NCBI RefSeq assembly: GCF_009834535.1
Contig: NC_045697.1
Location: 64,916,001 to 64,980,000 of the forward strand
Origin: Camelus ferus
Lineage: Eukaryota
Length of the DNA: 64,000 bases
Reading direction: 5' to 3'
Shown here: piece by piece, positions 51,971 to 64,000 of the stretch
How the letters are laid out: every line of letters starts with the position of its first letter
Position numbering within the stretch: position 1 is the first letter of the stretch
The notes under the pieces: model-generated
Told to the model about the DNA's origin: nothing
What the model saw: the letters and a program-made list of their open reading frames with translations, nothing else
Databases searched by the model: none
Position numbers and translations under genes: made by a program

Positions 51971-54900
51971 TTTAAGATCTATATTAGAAGTTATTTTTTG
52001 TATATTTTGATTTTCTCTATTGTAAACTAAATGTATTATAATTGCTAATTTTTAATTTTAAGGCTAAGGACTTTTCTATATTTAATTTTAGTCCCCTTAA
52101 TGCCTAGTACAGTGTCTCAAATATAATGGAAGTTTATAAATGTTTACTGATTGAATGAATGAAAAATTCATTGAAACAGAAAAGTTGTACATTTCATTAT
52201 CATCATCTTGCAGATGTATATATGATGTTGAATCATATTCAGACATGGCTGTTGTCCTCAAATGGCAGGTTTATTGATACTTTGAGAACACTCCTAATTT
52301 TTGTTAGAATTTTAGTTTTGAAATACTATTTTTGCTAATTCTTATTCTCTTAGGGTCTTTATTATCTTGTTATCATAATTTTAAATCTGAAAAGGCTTTG
52401 CTTTGAATGATAATTTTACAAAATAAAGACTGAAAATCACCTATTTATGTGTTATTTTATCTGTATTTTTATTTCATATATTTATTTTAGTAAATACTCG
52501 TCTGTTTTCACTGAGCTTATCTATAAAATTACCATCTGAGATTTCAAAATAAGTTTCACAAATTCCCTTATTATTGTCTGTACATGTTATTGTTAGTAGA
52601 ACACTGAACAATTTACTCAGAACTAATTTACTTTTCAATAATAATTTGAGGAACTTTAATTACTTGGTTTTTAAACTTATGTGATTAGATAGCATAATCT
52701 TGAGGTGGACCTGGAAATGTACAGAAAAAGACAGTTACAAACTGGAGAAAGCAGTATGCATCATACATGATGAAGAAGGAAAAGCAAAAATGAGAAAGAA
52801 AGGTGGTGATCTGGAGTGTTGAAAGTAGGATTACTAAAGGATGAGGAAGCAGTTTTGTGAAAAGGTTCAGGTCTTCATGTTCAGACAGAATGTGGATTAG
52901 TGCTAAAAAGAGTGATAGAGGGTGGGGCAACTTAACTTTATAGAGGAAGTTTTCAGCAAAATAGAAAATGATACCTGTTTTCCAAGATTGTTCTAAGGAT
53001 AAAATGAGATAATTTTTCCAAAGTGTTTTGAAAACTGATAGTTATATAAATGTTCCTCCTCCTCCATCTTCTTCTTCTTCTACTTCTGTTTTCACTTTAT
53101 TGGTGAAATTTTGAATTGAATAAATATAATATCTTGCTTTTATGTAAAAGTAGCTTGAGATATGTTGTGATTGTAAATTTTTAATATATTCATTATGACT
53201 TTTGCTTGTTTAACTGAACTTTTGAATAGTTCCAAAGAAAATGCTATGAAAATTCAATTCATGATAACAGTATAGTGGGGTTTTAAATGCTTTTTTTTAT
53301 AGAATTGGGATTGACTTAGAAGTATTATTTTAACCTTCAAAAAATGGCAAATTTACATGATTTTATTCTTACAGATCACTCTTAGCAGTTTTGTAAACAT
53401 AGGTTTGTCAGACTGTCTCAAAATGCTAACAAACAAGTAAGAAAGAGAATTTTATATTATTTCCTTACTTAGGTGTTGTCATTTAAAAGTTTGAACAAAG
53501 TGACCTATAGACTTAAAAGCCAGCTAGTAACAGTCTCTGAATACTGAAGTGAATAATTTCAAATAGCAAATACATTGTTTCCATTTAGAAGTTTTGACCT
53601 CATTCAAAATATTTATTAACTCTACATTGTCAAATTAAAAAAAAAATCTGTAACTTCAACTTTCCTTCTTCCTATTTGTAGTAGTATTAGTAACGGGAAA
53701 AAATTCATCTTTGTTTTGCCAGTGAGTTAACGTTTTCCCTCATATGTTTCTGGATATTAACAAATAACTATCTAGACTTTACCCATGGGTGTGACTTTTT
53801 TTGATGATATCACTTTGTACATTAATGTCTCATTTAAACAGACTGAGCTTAGCTCTGTGGATTTGGATAACAGTATGTTTCTAAAATATTCATTTAATTG
53901 CCTTCAGCTCTATCACTATAATGCATACTCTCAAATGTTTTTAAAAGCATATTACTAAACTGATATGAAATCTCAACTTGTTTGAACATTTTAAAAATAT
54001 ATGTCCATGTATGATTATTTTAACAAGTATGCAGGTGACTATCTTTGCTAATTTTAAAATTAATTTATTTTAATATGAATGGCATATAATCTATCAGTAA
54101 CATTCATAAATATGTCCTTTTATTCTTAACTATTTCAGCAAAACTATATATGCATAAAATTCTGAAATTAACACATTTTTGAATTGCTGTATGTATTATA
54201 TTTATCATTAGTTAATATAACATAATATAATATAATGTATAATGTGAAATATTTGAAATATCTTAGGAAAGTCATCACCTTAATGTTTGTAATCTTACAT
54301 TAATAATTACTTAAAAAATAAGACGTGATATATTTGGGTAGCTAGAAGTTATGCCTAGACTTCCTTTCAAGATAGTATTGATCCAAATGCAGTATAAAAT
54401 AGCAAACCAGGTGCCAGATATAATCCATGTGAAAGCATTTTCCCTGGAGAATTATTTTTCTCTCTTCAAGGGTAGCAGTAAAGATCCTGACCTGGTGATC
54501 TGAGCTGTGTCATCTTTTTTTAAGATAGTTTAAAAGTCATTTGCTTTGCTATGAAAGTGAATTATGTGGTATTAAGTACTGCAGTAGTACCATTAAACAT
54601 TATGTCATCAATCTTTTTAGGGTGTGGAAAGGTCAGTGTCCAAAAGGCCATTTTTTAAATTCCCATTTTAACGCTAAGCTGAAGGTAGTTTTCATTATGT
54701 TCCTTTTTTCCTACAACTGATTTAATTCACCAAAAAATAAAAGCCTCCCATTACTACCATGCATATTCAGCCCAAATCCAAACATTATGGATGTTATTGT
54801 TAAAATATAGACAGAAATTGTATTTAAAATGTGAACAAACAGATGAAGCTGTCTCCAAATTTGAATAATAATATTACTCACCGTCAAGTAGTAGGTAAGA

Positions 54901-56739
54901 TATAGCCATAGTATTAAAATTCCCTGAAATTCCTTGGATTTGTAACTAGTAGAAATATATAGTGTAGTTGCTTGTTCAAAATAATTAATCTCTCTTAACA
55001 TGTAATTTTAGGAATAAAAATAATCTTGAATTTTGTATTCTCTTATAGAAATTATAATTTTGTTTGTTTCCTTGCTTGCCAAGATAATTTTTGGGTGAAT
55101 TGAGGATGAGAAAAAAATAGAATAGTTTATTTTTCACCTTAAGCCAGTCAGTATTCCAACATTAAGTACTACTTTCAAAAATAGAGTATATTTAAAGACA
55201 ACCTGGTAGAGCCTTGATTCTTCCTATATTGCTTTGATCAGTTAAAGAAACCATGTCACAAAAGGTATATTTCTGGCATTTTGTTACTTTCAGTGTGTGT
55301 GTGTGTCTGAGTTTTTCCAGTTCTTTATTCATATTGATATCATCCTTCAGTTGCTTTTTTTTTTTTTGAAAAACACTGTCAAAAGCACAAAGTAAGAGAC
55401 AAGAAACAGTAGTTAACATAGATTTTTGAATACCTATTGTGTACTTTATTTTTTTTAAACCTATTCTTAAAAACTCTAAATTGTAAATTGACATTTCAAT
55501 ACTTGATCATAGAAGCATTTCTTGTTTTGAAAATGACAGGTTTGAAACATATGATTTAAATATAACATTAGGGATATCAGAAATGGCAATGCCTTGCTAA
55601 AAATTCTAAGATATTTAACAAATACAAGTGTTTAATGAAACAGGATGGGTGATTGTGAAATCTAAGAAGCTAAAAAGAAAACAACATTATACAAGCCAGA
55701 TAAATTTATTCACTGTCCTGAAGCTTGTTTCTTTTCCTTAAATTCATGGTGTTCTCCCTGCTCAACCTTCTTGTCTTTTATCTAAATATTTGTGGGCTGC
55801 TTAGTCTCTTACATATGCCTTCCTTACTTAAGCCCGTTACTGGGGACTTGCTTGACCTGGATCCCAGTTTTAATGTAGATAGTAAGTAGTATTACAGGTT
55901 CTTTTATTTTTAGGTTGGACTGTTTTAGGTAAAAGGAATTTAGAGACCAATACATTTATGATACATGCTTTGAAAATGAGAGGGTTTGAATAATATTTCA
56001 TTCTAGTGGTTTTATATGTTAATTTTACATATTTAACTATCATTCAAGGTTTTTATAAACTATATATGATATTAATCTTATGTTCATTTTAGTCCCTAGA
56101 CTTGTGATGTAACCACTGCAAGCAGTTAAGGACACTTAAATAAATGGAAAGAGAGGCATGTCATAAATAAGATTGAATTCAAACACTAAGAACCCTGACC
56201 CATGCAAAAAGGGCAAGATATAATGAAGATAGGGTGTCAGTACATAAATGTGAAAATGAAGGTAGATTTTAGGCTGATGACTCTGTTAGAAGACATTATT
56301 TAAGGGTTTGAATTGAAAACAAAAAAGAAAAGGTGTCACTGATGGTAGCAATCAGTATTATATACTTTAGGAGACTGGAAACTCTCAAGTATTTTTGGAC
56401 TTAAAATGGACAATAGTTGAAATCCTGTGAGGGAATGGGAGGGGAGACCCCATCATTCCTGCTGGATTTAGCCAAAAGCTTAATTAAATAGATTCTAATC
56501 AGGCAGCTAATCTAAGGATTATTAAGTTCTGATCTTTAAAATTAAGATTGGAAATGCCCTTGAAATGAGTAAAAGATAGAACATGAGGTATCTACAAAAT
56601 AACTGAGGCCTCTGGGAAGCACCTTTCCTCAAAGTATAAATATCTGGGTGATTTCCAGTGTTTTGCTCTCACAAGCAAACTTGCTTTAGTGGTACATCAG
56701 AACAAGGATTTCTCTAGGGAATGTACCAAATAGTGTAAT

Positions 56740-57870
56740 CCATTTATTTATTCAAAAAGTATTTTTTTAGCTCCTGTTGTCTCAGGTCCTATTCTAAGCT
56801 ATTTGGATGAACACAAAAAGACAAAGACTAGTGAGGTGAGAGGGATGAAAAGGTATAGCACAGAGGATTTTTAGGGCAGTGAAAATACTCTGCATGAAAC
56901 TGTGATGGTGGATACATGTCACTATACATTTGTCCAAACCCATAAAATGTACAACACCATGCGTGGATGTTAACTGTGGTCTTTGGGTGAAAATGTCAGT
57001 ATAGTTTCATCAGTTGTAACAAATGCATCACTCTGGTAAAGGATATTGATCATGGGGGAGACTGCATGTGAGTATAAGGGAAAATCTCTACCTTCTGCTC
57101 AGTCAGTTTTACTTTGAACCTAAAACTGCTCTAAAAATTTGTCTATTAAAAAAGATGAAGATGTCAGACATTATGCTGCATGTATTCTAGCTAATGAAGT
57201 CATACAATCTAAAACAAACATAAAATGTGTAAATTATATGTTAGAAGATGATATGAAAGTGAAAAGTAGAATGCAAAGAATAGAAAAGCATAAGTGGTGC
57301 TGGGAGTAAAAGAGGGGTGAGGAATTTTAAATAGGGTGAACAGCACAGATCTCATGCAGATTGCATATTAGCAAAAACTTGGTGGAGGTAGGGAGTTATC
57401 AATGTAAATATCTGAAGGAAGAGAATTTCAGGAGGAGGGATTTTCTGGTGAAAAGCTTAAAGAAAAGGGCATGCCTCCTGTGGGGAAAACAGCGAAGAGA
57501 TCAGAGCACAGTGAGTCAGATGGAGATGAAGTGGAGGTAACAATAAATGGATCATGTAAACTTTTAGAGTTAATTGTAAAAGCTTTAGATTTTACACTGA
57601 GTGAAACGGGGAGACATTTCAGGGTATTGATCTGATAAGTATATAATCCTTACATTTTAGCAGAGTCCTTCAGCTACTTCAGAGAATAGAACAGAAGAAG
57701 GGGGCAAAACTGCAAGTAGGGGGAATGATGAGGAGGTATTACCATCAGCCTGGTTAGAGATGGTGGCACTCCCCTGGTGATACAAAGAAGATGTGGTGAA
57801 TGGTGATTGGATTCTGAGTATCTTTTAAAGAGAGTTATTAGGATTTTCTGACAGATTGATGCGTGGTATC
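56740..57870 (-). mobile_element. L2 3' region split by an L1MC fragment
   Basis: CATTTATTTATTCAAAAAGTATTT tail; TTTAGATTTTACACTGAGTGAAACGGG; GGATTCTGAGTATCTTTTAAAG. Confidence 0.7.
56835..57153 (+). mobile_element. L1MC-type 3' end
   Basis: GCACAGAGGATTTTTAGGGCAGTGAAAATACTCTG, TGGTGGATACATGTCA, GAACCTAAAACTGCTCTAAAAA. Confidence 0.85.
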
Positions 57871-58359
57871 AACACTGAGCATCATTTGTCTTCCAAATTT
57901 TTACTCATTTTATGTGTGAAACATTATATACCATTATGACCTTAATTTTCATTTTTCTGATTACAAGGCAAATTGAACATCCTTCTGTAAACTATATAGT
58001 AAATTACCTAGGAACTGATTGCTTTTTTAAGTGACATGGCTCTTCAGATTTTCTTCTCTTTGCTATCATTGAGAGGTAAAATGGCTTTGTCTTCAGAGAT
58101 ATTGATTCAACAATAAATGCATTTATTATATATTCTCAAAATTTGTGTTAATAGGATATACTGGTTAATATAGGAGACCTAAGCTTTAGGCAAAAAGTAA
58201 TTGTGATATAATTTTTACCTCAAAACTAACTTCTCAGTTAATTGCAGGTAATATGGTCAATATAGTTTAATCTTTTCAACATTAGAAAATAAAATGTTTT
58301 TGAAAGAACTTTATATTTTCTTATTCTATGTTATTTTCATTTAGAGGCTTTCTGGTGGA

Positions 58360-58595
58360 AAAGTAATCACAGGGACATAGGAGACAGACTGCCTGGATTT
58401 GAGTCTTACTTCCTTTACTTCAGATTTATAATACTTGAGCAAGTTTCTTTCATTCTCTATGCTCAAGTTTACTCATTTGTATAATAGGGAAAATAATAGT
58501 ATTTGTCTTACATGCTTCTTGTGAGATCTGAATATGTTACATGAAATTGCTTAGGGTAATGCTGGTACTTAGTAAATGTTGGTTATGATTATCAT
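58360..58595 (+). mobile_element. MIR SINE (a second MIR follows at about 58690-58900)
   Basis: GACAGACTGCCTGGATTTGAGTC, CTTGAGCAAGTT, TGTATAATAGGGAAAATAATAGTA. Confidence 0.78.
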
Positions 58596-61500
58596 AAGAA
58601 AGAAAAAAATGGCATCTTAAATTGCTGGTAATAATTACAGGCTACTAATGAAATGCCCTAAATTAGAAAGGCAGTGTACTTTTCCTTATAAATGAGTGGG
58701 TTATGGAGTCTGTCTCAAGAGATTCAAATTCAGCCCTAACACTTCCCACCAGTTACCTTAACAAATTGCTTAATGTATCAACTTCAGTTTCTTACCTACA
58801 GAATACGGAAAATAGAAAAAACTTTGTAATAGGGCTGGCATGATCATTTAAAAAATAATTAATGTAAAATATCTGAGTATACAATCTGCACATAAAAATA
58901 AATGCCAGGTACAATTTTAGTAATTAATTTCACTTAAAACTTTAAGCTAAATTTCACATACTACTAAATTTTATGTTTTAAATAAAGAACTATATAATAC
59001 TAACTTCCAGGTGTGCTTTTTTAACCTGTTAGGAAGTTGAATAATCCATTCCAAAAAGGCATGACAGTAATATGCACAAAATACAAGGGGAAGAAGTAAT
59101 ATGAAACTAGTGGTAGAGTATCTGTTTTATCATGATCATAAAGAAAGTGCTAGACCATCACTGAAGTGATAAAATTGTATAAGGAGTTTCTGGATGTAAT
59201 ATGTGGTATACTGATACAGAAAAAACTCTTTGATAAGGCAGAATTCTGTAGGCAGTGTTAGCTCCATGGTTTTACCCACACTAGGCATCACAATGCTGAC
59301 TCAAGCAGATAGAATTCCCATGCGCCATTTGTCTACATTTAATTGTAACTGACAGGGTTCTTTAGTAAGGAACTTTGTGCAGCATTTGTTGAGATTAGCA
59401 CTGTAATGAGAAACATGCATCTATATGGATATGGTTAAATAAATTCCAGACTGCCTTCTTTCCATAACATCAGTATTTTTCTGCCAGCAGTTCTGCATTC
59501 TATGAGCTGTGGGGCCATGGCATAGAGGCTGTCCAAGACACTTGGTGACCAAGAGCCTCTTTCTACTTGGAGTCTGAGCTGAAAATAGGTTCCTACGTTT
59601 CCTCAGAATCATGCATTTGCTGTGTAACATTAAGCTTTTCCCTGAACATGTTATTATTTAATTACTTACTGTACAGTATCCTATCATACCAGTTATATAA
59701 GAACTCCAGGGGATCTCAAGCATGATATTAAAATCATCTCTAAGGTTATGTGGAGTTCACAGTTGTTAAGAAAGAATGCTTTAGTTGGCTCTTAACTTTT
59801 TCCTGTCACTATCACTTTGACATCTTGTGTGAGGTGCCATTATCCTTGTACAGTTTAGAGTGCTGCTTCACTTCTTAGTCTCTGGGAACTAAGAAAGAGA
59901 AAGAAAAAGTACTTATTTTCCCCCAACCCCCAAAATTGAATAACATATATTTTGGGGGAATAAGAGAAATCCTTTTCACTGAATTGTAGAGCCATATAAT
60001 TCTTGGAGTTAAAAATTTAAAGATACTATTGAACATGAGTGCATGTTTATGATACTGTAGAATTATAGAGCATAAAGAAGTATAACCTGTTCAAATATTT
60101 ACTGTTTCTTCTTCTTCCTCTGCATAACTGTGAGTGATTGGGGAAAATATGAGTAGAAAATAACCTAACATTTGAATTTGTTGTGAGTGGGAATACCAAG
60201 CTAAGCGGGTATAGGCAGTACTAATCTATGGCCTATGAAGCCAAAAAATGTACGGAAACTTTTAATTCAAGCCATCAGAATTTCATAACGTTTGTTTCTA
60301 TTGTCATTTTACTTGCACTTTCTTAATTCTTCTGCAAATAAATAACCTATTGCTAATTTTTTTTAACTTTTCCCTCTCCCTTATTTTCCTATCTCCTTCT
60401 TAGAGATTTCAGTATCATAAAATTTTGGGAGGTGAGAATAATCAAGCTTTCTTATTTTACAGAAGAGAAAATTATTTCTACGTTAATTCATGCAGCAGTT
60501 TCCTACCCCTGGTCAGTGACAGAAATGAGCAAGAGGCAGTTTTCTTGATTTTGAATCAAGCACGCTTTCTAGTCTTTTCTAGTCTGTCTGTCATTGTCAC
60601 ATTCTACAATTATATCCTGTTCGGTATTTAACCTGAACTGTTTATTATTGTGCCTAATTTATAATTTCAAATGAAGCCTCTCTTCCTTAAGTATTCCTTT
60701 GGATCTCCTTCACTGATTAAAATAATTTATAGTTGAGGTGTGAATGCTTTTGGCCACTGAAGGCCACTTATCGTGAATTTGCGATACTGTTAAATTGTTT
60801 TTAGAATCATTAATGAAAATACATCACTAGTAATGGATAAACCATCTCTATAATGGTTATATATTGAGCTGAAAGTTTGCTTTCTATTATTTCTTGATCC
60901 CTATTATATGAACATCACTCTCCTGCTTCCTTTACTCTTAGCTCCTTTTCTATGGTGAAAGTCTTAACCATGGATGGTCAAAAAGCAAACAAAGCCATTA
61001 AATTAAGGTACTGCAAAGTGAGCACAACTTTAAGATGAGTGTTCTGCAGAGAGCAGAGAATTTAAAGATTTTGTAAGAGAAAATGGAACAGGTAAATTGA
61101 AGTTTGGTTGATTACTGTTCAAATTCTCAGAAGATGGAGGGAGGTTTTCTCATCACAGATCGGAATGTAGGGCTGCTAGACTGGAATAGTCATTTAGAGG
61201 ACTTGGTTTGGAAAATTGGGGTTTAGTAAGAGGGGTAAGGAGAAACAATAGTGGACTGAGTTCTTGCCTGACTCAGTGGGAAATATTTCTTCAGATATGA
61301 AACATATTTGACCTATTTTGGAACTATAGAAACCAACTTCTTTCTTCCTCCTGCAGATTTACAGACTGCCACCCTCCGGTTTTAAGTCCATGAAAAGAAA
61401 TACTGGGTTTGGATAGCAAAACACCAAAGAAGAATCTCTTTGTGAATAGCCTGCAGATTTAGATAGGTGGAGCGGTTTCTCACTTACAATCATTTAATAA

Positions 61501-62046
61501 ATTTAATAAATAAAACAAAACATGTAAATTGAATTATTTATCCTCATTGACAAATAGTTTGCCTAGATGACACCCTAAACTGCCAAAGATTACCAAAAGG
61601 GGAAAAAAAGTTAGCCTTAAGGTGAAATAAATACTGTCCCAGAAGTAACTGGGTAAGCAGAGGGGGAAAAAGGGAAAGGAAAAGAAAAAAAAAAATAGAA
61701 AAAGGAAGGAACTGAGTATTCTCTGTTCTGATATTCTGATATATCCAAACATTATCATTTACATTTAAGTTTCAAAGCACTTAAGGTGAAACGGTTAAAT
61801 CTAATAGAATAATTTAGGTCAAGTGTGCAACACTTAATGGATTTCCTCCTGCCTTCTTTTTTAAATAGTTATTTTGATGGAGAAAGTAATAGCCTATATC
61901 CTTGAATTTAGTCTTTAAAAGTACTTGTTCAAAGAAGAAATATTACAATTAGGAAATTTTAAAAATGTTTCTTTTTAAAAACTCCTTATTATTATTATTT
62001 TGCTTCAGAACCACTTATTTGACACACCACTTCCTATACTTTAAGA

Positions 62047-62110
62047 ATTTCAACCTAGATATTTTGACATTTCAACCTAGATATTTTGATATTTCAACCT
62101 AGATATTTTG
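62047..62110. repeat. 22-bp tandem repeat, 2.9 copies
   Basis: Unit ATTTCAACCTAGATATTTTGA(C/T). Confidence 0.95.
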
Positions 62111-62832
62111 GTTTCAGACATATCATCACATATATATGAAAATAAATCATAATTTTAACATCTTGTCTAATACCTAATTACTGTGTTTTAATTTTATGCA
62201 GCATTTAGTGACAGTTATGCCTGATGAGCTATTAAAAATGTGTAAATCAAATAGGGTTATATCAAGAAGTACTGAAAAAAATGACAAGACAAATATGTCA
62301 ACATTGCTATAAATATGGCTCTAGGATTGAATGCTTTTTGTATTAAAGTCAGTCAGGATTTCCCCTTGTGATGTCTTCCCAGTATTATCATGAATGTGCA
62401 GGAATTAAAGGCACCAGTACCAGGAACTTGGGATTAATTTGCATATATATGTTCCATAAGAGAGCTTTGGAGATAATTTCTTAGATTGACAGGCTTCCTT
62501 TGAAATATGAGTTTGTTTTCAGAGATCCTTCCCTCTTAAAATTTGCATTCATCAGAAACTACTCTAAATCCTTCTTCCTTTATGAACCCAGATTCATCAA
62601 CTACTTTATACAATATTGCAGTACTCACTGTTGAACTGTTAATTGAGTATATAGGATTGCTGTTCCTACTTGATAGGTATAGGACTGCAAAGTAACTGTT
62701 TTCCTTTTTTGTACTTGCTCTGCGACTAGGGCATAGGGTTACAAAGTCAGCAAGGAATATGCATTTTGTATGAAACTTACATGACCATGAGTTAACTGAG
62801 ATAGAAATTAAAATGTACATTTAAAAAATAAT

Positions 62833-63240
62833 TTATGAGTGTTTTCTGGGGCTATCAAAGCAAAATATACACACTGGGGGGGCTTAAGTAACAGATACTT
62901 ATTTTTTACCATTTTGAGTGTTTTGAGACCAAGATCAATGTCATCAGTCTTGTTGTCTTCTGACTTCTGACTTTCATGGCCTCTCTCCTTGGCTTGCAGA
63001 TGGCCACCTTCTTGCTGTGGCCTCAAATGTCTTTTTCTCTGTAAATATGTATCCCTGATGTCTCTTTGTGTCCAAATTCCTTCTTAGAACACCAGTCAAA
63101 TTGAATCAGGATCCACCCTAACAAGCCGTTTTAACTTACCTCTTTGACGGCCCTATTGCCAGCTACAGTCACATTCTGAAGTATTGGAAATTAGGGCTTC
63201 AATGTATGAATTCTAAGTGAACACAATTCAGCCTATAACA
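62833..63240 (-). mobile_element. MLT1A/B solo LTR
   Basis: CTCTCCTTGGCTTGCAGATGGCCACCTTCTTGCTGTG, CAGTCACATTCTGA, ACACAATTCAGCCTATAACA terminus. Confidence 0.88.
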
Positions 63241-64000
63241 ATGAGGAAGACGTTTCCCAACAGACTAGGTCACATTCTTCTGTTATATGCGCTTAAGTAA
63301 CCTCTAATTCTCTGTATCATTTAGCACAATTGTATTTAAACAATTATCCACTCAGCTTTTTAATACCTATTATGCTTAAATAAACATATTTTCTTTCACT
63401 CTATCCTTAACACCTTGCATAATCTTTGCACATAGTAAGACTTTAGTAAATAATATATTTGAATGAACAATTTGCTATAATTAATATAATTTTATTTGCA
63501 TTCTATCTTTAACAATTTCTTCTCATATACCAAATTATATGATCTTCAGATATGACTCTAATTAGGTAATACCAATACCCTATTTTATATATCAAGAAAG
63601 AAAACTAATATTTGGTAATTTAACTTGAGTAAGTCAGCTAAGGATACCTGTGGATTTTTGAACCTGAGTTTCTGATCCCTAATACCATTTTTCTAAAATA
63701 GAATTTAAAAATTCTACAGTTGTACTAAACAGGGAGCTGACATAGCAAAGTAAATGTCAGCAACAAAGAAAATAACATAAATAATATTTAAAATAACATA
63801 AAACAAATTAACACAAAATTTTTTAAAAGGAAGAAAGAAACACAGGTAACATACCTAGTGAAAGCAACCTGAGAAAGTACCTGCAGGATGAGAAATAATA
63901 ATGTTGGAGCAAGGAAGTAAAGTTATAAATGAATCAATGTTGTGAATTTATCCAAGATGCTAAAATAACAGTGTAAGCAAGTAGCTCATATATCAGTGAA

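Noticed and set aside
55192..55494. Minus-strand acceptor followed by a coiled-coil-like peptide (QLKDDINMNKELEKL)
   Set aside because: Contains an A13 run and a CA tract, has no convincing donor and no recognisable homology.
62047..62110. CRISPR-like direct repeats
   Set aside because: Tandem units without unique spacers, in mammalian DNA.

Overview
AT-rich mammalian genomic DNA, intergenic or deep intronic. No host protein-coding exon, structural RNA gene or CRISPR array could be supported. A tRNA-Ala-like SINE resembling the camelid Vic-1 family suggests a camelid, which is an inference. The window is a mosaic of transposable elements: an internally deleted ERV1-type provirus end, several solo LTRs (MaLR/MLT1, MER34-like, MER41-like, LTR16-like), ancient L2/MIR/CR1/MER5 relics and several L1 pieces. 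The most notable element is 3.07 kb on the minus strand (42352-45416). It has a complete L1 5'UTR, an uninterrupted 299-aa ORF1, a poly(A) tail and a 16-bp TSD, but almost all of ORF2 is removed at a junction that coincides with a CAG splice-acceptor-like site, making it a half-L1 (HAL1)-like or spliced L1. Other oddities are an older L1 with 5'UTR and ORF2 but no ORF1, a young 5'-truncated L1 with a perfect 17-bp TSD, and a head-to-head SINE/L1 composite without a TSD. Repeat family names are assigned by eye from remembered consensus features and need RepeatMasker/Dfam confirmation. Boundaries of old repeats are approximate.
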